Below are positions 51,801 to 61,510 of a DNA stretch of 64,000 nt, one piece after another; positions within the stretch are counted from its first letter, which is position 1, and each line of letters opens with the position of its first letter. Source of the stretch: Macrostomum hystrix (taxonomy: Eukaryota; Animalia; Platyhelminthes). The notes under the pieces are model-generated. The model was not told where the DNA came from. It ran no database searches and was given only the letters and a program-made list of their open reading frames with translations. The translations under genes and the position numbers were made by a program. The stretch lies in the NCBI GenBank assembly GCA_950097015.1, contig CATNEN010000038.1, forward strand, positions 28,024,001-28,088,000. Reading direction: 5' to 3'.

Positions 51801-52484
51801 GGACACCATCGGTCGGGGCTGCGAGCTGGTTGCTTGGTACGCTCAGGAGATGCTGCAACGAATGGAAGTCTCAGGTGAGTTATTATTGTGATTGGAACCA
51901 CTCACTGTACGTGCCTTTGGCGCGAGACAAACAATTGAAACTAAGCGACCAATTTGTAAAATCCACCGCAGTTACTACTCCGACACGGGAGAAGTCAGGG
52001 CCTGCTCTGCCTTTCTCAATCGAGCGGCTAACTCAGCTCACACCAAATGAGCAGCTAAGACAGCAGCAGCAGCAGCAGCAGTACTGCTTGCAGCAGCAAT
52101 TTATGCGACATCCGACATCCGTTTGGCAAACGCCGCATCCGTTTCTGGGACCTCCGGCTTCAAGCCTGCTTCGTCAACCGCATCCGCACCTTCCGCCGCC
52201 ACCTCCGCCGCCGCTGCCACCACTGCCGCATCTTTATCACAGCGCCGCCGCCGCTTTCAGGCTGTTAAATCTGCCACCGTTTCTCGCAGACGCGGCAGCA
52301 GCTGCAGCGGCCGCCTCTTCAGCCTCCATCTCGTCGTCAACTGCAGCAGCTTCTTCGCCATCATCGGCTAATCTGGCCGCAGACAAAAGGCCGACATCGA
52401 TTCATCCGCAGCTGCATCGACCAATAACGACAGCTCGACCGAATTGTTCAAGCAACCTTGAACAAGGACCACAGCAACAGCAGC

Positions 52485-52518
<34 letters not shown>

Positions 52519-53074
52519 GCAGCAGCAGCGTCGAGTTGCCTGCTTCCCGCTGCACAACAAAAAAGACGGTAAAATGCAGTACGACTGCCACGTCTGCTTG
52601 AAGAGCTTCGGCCAGCTGTCCAACCTGAAAGTGCACCTGCGCACTCACACCGGCGAGCGGCCATTCCATTGCGAGCTGTGCGACAAGGGCTTCACTCAGC
52701 TGGCCCACCTGCAGAAGCACAACCTGGTGCACACTGGCGAGAAGCCGCACGCCTGCTATGTTTGCCACAAGCGGTTCAGCAGCACCAGCAACTTGAAGAC
52801 CCACATGCGACTGCACAGCGGCGAGAAGCCGTTTAACTGCAAACTGTGCTCTGCCAAGTTCACCCAGTTTGTACACCTGAAGCTGCACAAACGCCTGCAC
52901 ACCACAGAGAGGCCGTTCGAGTGCCCGAAGTGTCGCAAAAAGTACACGGACGCCGACGGCCTGCGGACGCACTGGCGCACTGGCGGCTGCATCGTCGGCT
53001 TCGGCGTTGGCTTCGCCGAGGAGCTGGCCGCCATCGTCGGCGGCGGAGGCGTCAATGACGGCGCGGAGTCGTGA
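45746..53074 (+). CDS. PRDM1: PR/SET domain zinc finger protein 1 (Blimp-1), about 593 aa
   Basis: Exons 45746-46105, 50060-50158, 51655-51874, 51972-53074. PR domain ([48 protein letters not shown]) and the Blimp-1 finger array [69 protein letters not shown], ending in a C2HC finger. Confidence 0.95.
47130..49392. repeat. 17-bp minisatellite (aacctgaagattccttt)
   Basis: About 130 copies in a Blimp-1 intron. Confidence 0.97.
50195..51620. repeat. 17-bp minisatellite (aacctgaagcttttatc)
   Basis: Fills nearly the whole next Blimp-1 intron. Confidence 0.97.
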
Positions 53075-53289
53075 GCGCAGACTAGTTATGAGAAAAAAAA
53101 CTAGAATTTATTTTACATCGGGCCAAAAAACTTAGCTTCTTTTCCTAGAAACTGTCTCACCTATAGTGAAGTGGCGAATGCCGTTTTATTGAATAATTTT
53201 CATTTTACTCTTGCGGAACAGTCTCTTACAAATATTCGATATATATTGTTCCTACATTGTCGATTAAATTCTAACATTCTCGCCTTTTA

Positions 53290-53780
53290 TTCCCGATATC
53301 CCAAGAATGACTAAAATGTCCCAAAAGTGACCAAAGTATTCTAAGAATAACCAAAATGTCCCGAGAATGACCACACATCCAAAAATGATCAGAGATATCC
53401 CAAAATGACCAGAGATATCCCAAGATGACCAGAGATATCCCAAGATGACCAGAGATATCCCAAAATGACCAGAGATATCCCAAAATGACCAGAGATATCC
53501 CAAAATGACCAGAGATATCCCAAAATGACCAGAGATATCCCAAAATGACCAGAGAGAGATATCCCAAAATGACCAGAGATATCCCAAAATGACCAGAGAT
53601 ATCCCAAAATGACCAGAGATATCCCAAAATGACCAGAGATATACCAAAAATGACCAGAGATATCCCAAAATGACCAGAGATATCCCAAAATGACCAGAGA
53701 TATCCCAAAAAGGGCTTTGAGATATCTTTAAATGACAAATTATCCCCGATGACCAAAATATCCCAAGAATGACCAAGAAT
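53290..53780. repeat. 20-bp minisatellite (gatatcccaaaatgaccaga)
   Basis: Downstream of the Blimp-1 stop. Confidence 0.93.
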
Positions 53781-54912
53781 TCGCTATCACGCTTAAGTTG
53801 TACACACGCTATTATTAACATTGTATTATTTTTATTCAACAATTAGTTTATTTTAAGATTCTCTTCTCGACTATAACTCAAGGCATAACGCAGTCACTAT
53901 ACATTTTGTTTCTAAAAAAGCAAACGTTTTCTTTAACCAAAACTGAAAGCTTTCTGAGAAAATGCTTGTAACAACGTAAAAAGCGCCGTTGAAACTCAAC
54001 AAATTAAAACTTGTTTGCTTGTGTGTTCTTTCAGACAAGGCCGCAAAAAATGATTTACAAATTGCAGATTGAAATTTTCGCTTAGTTTACGTAACCTTCT
54101 CAATTAAGAAATTGTAGCATGTCATTAAGGCAATAAGCCCAGTAAAACAATTCCTGGATTTTATTTTAAATTTAAACACCTGAGCACCAGATGTTGCCAG
54201 GGAATAACAAAAATCTATAGATTTAGAATCCATTTTTATATCAAAACAAATTCAATACGCAAAACAAAATGTTCATATTCGGTAATAAAAGTACAATTTT
54301 ATTCAGTTCAAGCGAAAACTTAAAATCTGCAGAAAATAATTTGCGACCGCCATGCGAAACTTTTTAGTCAACTTTCGATACCCGCTTGTGTTTGGTTTAA
54401 AGTTTTTTTTGCTAATCTGGCTTATCAACTAATTATATTTTAATTCTATTTCTCTATTCTCTATATTTAATTATCACTTTGTGCAGTCTTTTTTGCTATA
54501 CAAAAAATGTGCCATCGCATCATTAACTTGACATTGCGGCTGTAAAATATATACTTTTCAAGCCGCGAGATCATCGCCTGACCACGCTGAGCACATGCCG
54601 AATGTGCTCAAGTTTTTATTCTGAGTCGATATATTTAATTCCGGTATTTATTACTTAATTCTTTTTTGTTTATAGTGCTAATGGCGAGGATGGGTGCACA
54701 CACTCAATCTGATCCTATTTCGTCCCATTCGGGCATCCACCCCTCTCTTCTCTCCACCCTGTCCACTCACCTTTCAGCTTCTATCCGATTTTAATCTCTC
54801 TGCATCCTTCTCCATTCCCAGCTCTCCTCTCTACCCTTCTATTCACTTTCATCTCATTTGTCTCCACTCTTCTCTCTCTCCTCTCTCTCCTCTCTCTCCT
54901 CTCCCTCCTCTT

Positions 54913-55015
54913 TAGCCTAATGGCTAGAGCGCTAGGCTAGACTCTACTGATGAGCTCCAATAAGAGCGAAACGCGTCTGGAGTTGCCTTGGTTCGAATCC
55001 TGATTTCAATTTTTT
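54913..55015 (+). ncRNA. tRNA-like Pol III unit (A box, B box, T6 terminator) containing a hammerhead ribozyme
   Basis: A box TAGCCTAATGG 54913-54923, B box GGTTCGAATCC 54990-55000, TTTTTT 55010-55015. Confidence 0.7.
54934..54988 (+). ncRNA. Type I hammerhead ribozyme
   Basis: Stem I AGGC-TAG-ACTCTA / TGGAGT-T-GCCT; core CTGATGA 54947-54953; stem II GCTC-CAATAA-GAGC; GAAA 54968-54971; minimal palindromic stem III ACGCGT; GUC cleavage triplet ending at 54977. Confidence 0.9.
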
Positions 55016-55659
55016 CGATACATATCGGAATCGATTCAAACATTAGATTTTTGAAATTCAATGGGCAGTGTCCTCTCTCCTCTCTCCCGCTCTCTCTCTC
55101 CCTCTCTCCTCTCACTCTCTCTCTCCTCTCTCTCCTTCGCTCCCTCTCCCTTTTCTACTCTCATATCTTCTTTATTCTATTTTCTATTTCCTCTTTTTGC
55201 CTTAAGTTAGTATGTTGTGATTCCTATTAATATTCTACCTACCTCTCTTAGTTACTCTAAATTTTCGTTTCTATCCCCTAATCAGTACGAGTGTATCTCT
55301 TGACCTCAAGATTCTATCGTGTAAATTTTGAAAGCGTGTTTAGTTGAAAATTACACAGTTCAATAATTCAGTTCAATATGATATTCCTTCATACTTCATC
55401 GCCTTCAATAACAAAGACGAAATTCCAAAGCCCGCACGCACAATGATTGATTTTTTTCTTCTGTTTGATGCCTGGCGTTATGAGAATTCTAAGGACTTCT
55501 TTGTCATGTTCTGTCACGTATTCATAGTCATTCTATTCCCAAACAACGAACCTCATCCGTGTACATGATCATGGCAATGTGCATGACAATGTACCTTCTC
55601 ATTATCATAACTTTTTACTCTCCGCAATCATCTTCGTCACAATTTTCTAGAAGCGTTTT

Positions 55660-56420
55660 TCTCTCTTCTTCTCTTCCTCTCTCTCCTACTCTCCCTCTCT
55701 CCTCTCTCCTTCTCTTCCTCTCTCTCCTACTCTCCCTCTCTCCTCTCTCCTTCTCTTCCTCTCTCTCCTACTCTCCCTCTCTCCTCTCTCCTTCTCTTCC
55801 TCTCTCTCCTACTCTCAATCTCTCCTCTCTCCTTCTCTTCCTCTGTCTCCTACTCTCCCTCTCTCCTCTCCCCTTCTCTTCCTCTCTCCTCTCTCCTTCT
55901 CTTCCTCTCTCTCCTACTCTCCCTCCCTCCTCTCTCTTTCTCTTCCTCTCTCTCCTACTCTCCCTCCCTCCTCTCTCATTCTCTTCCTCTCTCTCCTACT
56001 CTCCCTCCCTCCTCTCTCTTTCTCTTCCTCTCTCTCCTACTCTCCCTCCCTCCTCTCTCATTCTCTTCCTCTCTCTCCTACTCTCCCTCTCTCCTCTCTC
56101 CTTCTCTTCCTCTCTCTCCTACTCTCCCTCTCTCCTCTCCCCTTCTCTTCCTCTCTCCTCTCTCCTTCTCTTCCTCTCTCCTCTCTCCTTCTCTTCCTCT
56201 CTCTCCTACTCTCCCTCTCTCCTCTCTCCTTCTCTTCCTCTCTCTCCTACTCTCCCTCTCTCCTCTCCCCTTCTCTTCCTCTCTCTCCTACTCTCCCTCT
56301 CTCCTCTCCCCTTCTCTTCCTCTCTCTCCTACTCTCCCTCTCTCCTCTCTCCTTCTCTTCCTCTCTATCCCCTTCTCTCCTGTCCTTCCACTCTCCTTCT
56401 CTCCCTCGCTCTCCTCTCTA
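55660..56420. repeat. CT-rich low-complexity tandem repeat
   Basis: Units such as ttctcttcctctctctcctactctccctctctcctctctcc. Confidence 0.92.
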
Positions 56421-57214
56421 CTTCTTTAACCTATCCTGTCTCTCTCTTTTTAACAGTCAGTGTCTGTCTTTTCTGCTCTAGCCGAAAAAGAAGCAGACGG
56501 GCAAAGACTCATCCGACAATCTCTTTAATCCTCTACCCTTTGTCATTCTGTTATCTCCTTTACAATCTAGCAATTTCTAAGCACTTAAAAAAGCATAGCA
56601 TCCTCGACCTTCGCTCTCTGAATGACAAGAAGAGAGAGAGAGAAAAAAAAGCAACCGGAAAACAAGCCGACAGATAATGAAAAAATGACACAGGAAGCGG
56701 TGAAACAGGGTAGCTGAAATAGGATGAAACGGGGAACAGATTTCAGGCGGGCAAACACTCGCGCAGCGGAAACAACGGAAGAGAAGAGAAGAGACCACAC
56801 AGAAAGAGAAGAAAAGGCTTACACAACGAGCCTTTTAACTTGTCGCCAGACAATATTCAGCTCCTCCCATAGTTGCTACTTTTAAATGAAGTATTCCCAG
56901 CTTTTGGTTAGCACCGCTGAGATCTTTTGTTGGACTTTAAAGCAGAAGAATAAGAAGCCTACTGGCATTTCATTGAGACTTGGGACAGGAAGTCCGCTTC
57001 CAGAAGAAGACAGGAAAGGGTAGGCGGGGATTGGATGAGGAGATGGGAACTGGCTCTATTTTTCCCAAATGCTTTGATAAAGAGCTAAAGCTTAACTGGC
57101 AGCAGAAAAAGGTGATGTGTTTGTCATTAATGGCTGAGTAGAGTAGCTCCACAGAATCTCATGTTATTGCGGATTTCTGAGAGGCTGTAATACACTCGAA
57201 TCCACTGAAACACG

Positions 57215-58706
57215 TCCCTCAGATCAATCCTAGAATACCATTAAGATCCTTCAGTACAATCCCCTCAGATCATTCAGTTCAATCCCCTCAGATCCTTTAG
57301 TACAATCCCCTCAGATCCTTCAGTACAATCCCCTCAGATCATTCAGTTCAATCCCCTCAGATCCTTCAGTACAATCCCCTCAGATCATTGAGTACAATCC
57401 TCTCAGATCCTTCAGTACAATCCCCTCAGATCATTGAGTACAATCCCCTCAGATCATTCAGTACAATCCCCTCAGATCATTGAGTATAATCCCCTCAGAT
57501 CATTCAGTTCAATCCCCTCAGATCATTCAGTACAATCCTCTCAGATCATTCAGTACAATCCTCTCAGATCATTCAGTACAATCCTCTCAGATCATTCAGT
57601 ACAATCCTCTCAGATCATTCAGTACAATCCTCTCAGATCATTCAGTACAATCCCCTCAGATCATTCAGTTCAATCCCCTCAGATCATTGAGTATAATCCT
57701 CTCAGATCATTCAGTACAATCCCCTCAGATCATTGAGTACAATCCTCTCAGATCATTCAGTACAATCCTCTCAGATCATTCAGTACAATCCCCTCAGATC
57801 ATTCAGTACAATCCTCTCAGATCATTCAGTACAATCCCCTCAGATCATTCAGTTCAATCCCCTCAGATCATTGAGTATAATCCTCTCAGATCATTCAGTA
57901 CAATCCCCTCAGATCATTGAGTACAATCCTCTTAGATCATTCAGTACAATCCTCTCAGATCATTCAGTTCAATCCCCTCAGATCATTGAGTACAATCCCC
58001 TCAGATCATTGAGTACAATCCTCTCAGATCATTCAGTACAATCCCCTCAGATCATTCAGTTCAATCCCCTCAGATCATTGAGTATAATCCTCTCAGATCA
58101 TTCAGTACAATCCCCTCAGATCATTGAGTATAATCCCCTCAGATCATTCAGTTCAATCCCCTCAGATCATTGAGTATAATCCTCTCAGATCATTCAGTAC
58201 AATCCCCTCAGATCATTGAGTATAATCCCCTCAGATCATTCAGTACAATCCTCTCAGATCATTCAGTACAATCCTCTCAGATCATTCAGTACAATCCCCT
58301 CAGATCATTCAGTTCAATCCCCTCAGATCATTGAGTATAATCCTCTCAGATCATTCAGTACAATCCCCTCAGATCATTGAGTACAATCCTCTCAGATCAT
58401 TCAGTACAATCCTCTCAGATCATTCAGTTCAATCCCCTCAGATCATTGAGTACAATCCCCTCAGATCATTGAGTACAATCCTCTCAGATCATTCAGTACA
58501 ATCCCCTCAGATCATTCAGTTCAATCCCCTCAGATCATTGAGTATAATCCTCTCAGATCATTCAGTACAATCCCCTCAGATCATTGAGTATAATCCCCTC
58601 AGATCATTCAGTTCAATCCCCTCAGATCATTGAGTATAATCCTCTCAGATCATTCAGTACAATCCCCTCAGATCATTGAGTATAATCCTCTCAGATCCTT
58701 CAGTAC
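57215..58706. repeat. 23-bp minisatellite (aatcccctcagatcattcagtac)
   Basis: About 64 copies with a 460-bp higher-order duplication. Confidence 0.96.
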
Positions 58707-59467
58707 AGAATTAAGTCTGTCGCTAAGAAAGTCGTAAATTATGAAAATGAGTATCTACCTTATTAGAATTAGATGAATCTCATTGCAGATGTGTGTTTTT
58801 TAAGGTAAGAAATAAAATGAAGATTCTGATACAAAGAGTTTAATGTGAAAACAATTACACACAGAATCTAGCTCATAATACAGAATTACCAGTGCCAATG
58901 AGCCAGACAGAAGACAGTTATGAGAGGAATTGAAGAATTTTTATGAGATGGTTATCAGTGTCTCTCATAAGCCTAGCCTTTGGCTTTAGACAATTTCAAT
59001 GAAAAGTTTTCGCTACCTTTTTGCTAACGGCGTCTGCTAGTCTACCTATTCTATAATTTTTTTCTTCTCTTGCTGAAGACAAACGATGAAAAAAGAGTTA
59101 GATATAGGCTAACAAATAATGGCGGCAGTGTTGTTTCTGTGTCACCCAGCGAATTTGTTCACAGAGAAAGTTGTTCAAAACAGATTTTCAGTCGCATGAG
59201 ACAAATTTATGTTCGACGGTTATCTTCAATTTTAATTTATTAACTCGAAATAGGCGACCGCCTGTGTCTCGCCAAATCTTTGCCGTTATTAATGTAGTCA
59301 GATAAAACTAAATTAAATTAAATATCTATTCTCTTTCTGAGCTAAAAAATGTATTTCGCGGTAAAGGAAATTCATAATTTGAGTTTCGAAATAGAAATCT
59401 TAAGAACCTGGCTTTCAGTCTAAAATATATTGTTTTGTACTTTTTAATTAGGCTTTTAGGCTTTTGA

Positions 59468-59915
59468 GATAAGGGAAGGATTGGTGACATAGGGAAGGAT
59501 TGGTAAGATTAGGGAAGGATTAGTGAGATTAGGGAAGGATTGGTGACATAGGGAAGGATTGGTGATATTAGGGAAGGATTAGTGAGATTAGGGAAGGATT
59601 GGTGACATAGGGAAGGATTGGTGACATAGGGAAGGATTGGTGACATAGGGAAGGATTGGTGATATTAGGGAAGGATTGGTGAGATTAGGGAAGGATTGGT
59701 GAGATTAGGCAAGGATTGGTGAGATTAGGGAAGGATTGGTGAGATTAGGCAAGGATTGGTGAGATGATAAAGGATTAGTGAGATTAGGGAAGGATTAGTG
59801 AGATTAGGAAAGGATTGGTGAGATTAGGGAAGGATTGGTGAGATTAGGCAAGGATTGGTGAGATGAGAAAAGGATTAGTGAGATTAGGGAAGGATTAGTG
59901 AGATTAGGGAATGAT
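59468..59915. repeat. 19/20-bp minisatellite (agggaaggattggtgagatt)
   Basis: Tandem array. Confidence 0.93.
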
Positions 59916-60796
59916 TTATAATGGTAAAGGTTAGTAAATTCATGCGATTACGCGGGTAAAAAGTAATTAAAAATAATTTAGATCAATCAGTCCCAGCGCT
60001 TAGATGGATTTGGGCAGGTATTTCGCCATTCACAAGGCAATCAATATGCAAAGCCGGCTTTCATCAATCACACTAAAAGGTCTACCTGCTTAGTGACTTT
60101 CCAGGAAACACGAACACAGTTTGACAAGGCGGTCCTTCCTGACACCCTTCAAGCCTGAAGAATCGCATTAGAAATTCAGGTTGGTTTATTTGATCACCTT
60201 TGAGTTTCAAAACATAGATTCTAACTTTGGCTTTTGACTGGTGACTGAATCAAATCGCTTCTATTGAAATAAAAAATACAGGAGCAGTTATTCAACCATC
60301 GTCATCCCGGAGCTGTTTTTGACAGCTTTGAGCAGGGAAAGCCAAGAATCAATCAAAGAAGGGAAAGGAAGAAGCCATTGGGTGGGGGGTTTTTGGCGGA
60401 AGCGAAATCTCGATGAAATCAAGCCTGGAGTTTAGGAAGCAGCGAAAAAGGGTGACACAGTGCGTCCCGCGATTCCCGTGTGCTTCAAACTTAAATGAAG
60501 AGCATTGTTAAGGAGAGGAAGATTTTGAAAGAGGAGTCAAATAATAGAGCTCACTCACCTTTTACCTGCCAAAGTGACACTTTTTTTCGTCATCCTGGAA
60601 AGTTTTTTTCGTATTGAAACTTAAAAAATAATCCGCGAAATAACAATCATTGAATTGAGCGTTTTGAAGGGCCTTAAAATGAGAATTTCTAAAGGACACC
60701 TGGAAGTGACAGTCAGATTTTTCTTCTTTAATAAAAGCAGTCAGGTGGTTAGACACCGGAGATTCTATAGCTATTCAGTTTGGTCAAATATAAGCA

Positions 60797-61030
60797 GGGG
60801 TTGTAGCCTAGAGTTGGTTAGGAGTGTGGGACTCCTGACTTGGAAGGTCGAGGGTTCGATTCCCGAATCCACTGAGAAAATCTGTGTCCAGCTGTTAAAT
60901 AGGTACCAGCATCAGGTGGGGTAATTGAAGGTGGGTGTGGCGTCCCCCCAGTCCATGGACTGAACTGCCGTACGCAGCCTTCAGATGCGCCGCGCAATAG
61001 CTGCGGCTGTGCTGTGACCTAATTGACTTG
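60797..61030 (+). mobile_element. tRNA-derived SINE family 2
   Basis: Head GGGGTTGTAGCCTAGAGTTGG...GGTTCGATTCC (B box 60853-60863), then ccagctgttaaataggtaccagc and a body shared with 3418-3510; no clean cloverleaf; 3' end approximate. Confidence 0.8.
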
Positions 61031-61510
61031 CCCTAATAGTTATTTTATGTCAAAGAGTGCTATAAAGGTCTTGGAGTGCTAATTTTGGGATTCTGAAATT
61101 TCGGAGCTGTGATAATTAGGGATATGTAAAGTTTTGGGAACATGAAATCTGGCAGGATATAAAAAGCACTAGCAAAGTTTGTGCGAAAATCGAGACAACT
61201 TATTCAGCTATAAAAAATATAACTATTCTCGAGATGTTTTATGATTTATTCCGATTTTTTTATTTCTAAGAAATTATTGAAATGGCTGTCTCCTAATTGA
61301 TGCGCTTTTTTCACTTCCAAACAATTGTCTAAACTAAGAAAGGATTCTTAACTAAAAATCACTCGTTGCTGAGTTCACTAACTGGCTTGTTTGTCAAGTG
61401 CAGCTACTTGAGTTTAAAAAAATGTATCCAAGGCTGGTCGATAAAAAAATCGCCTAGAAACAATGGGACTTTTCGAAAGATTTCGGACGTCCGACATTCA
61501 TCTAAAGTGA

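Noticed and set aside
55559-56677. 372-aa Leu/Ser/Pro ORF
   Set aside because: CT-only repeats cannot encode stop codons.
60797-60870. Functional tRNA gene
   Set aside because: Poor stems, no nearby terminator, and it continues into a repeated body, so it is a SINE head.
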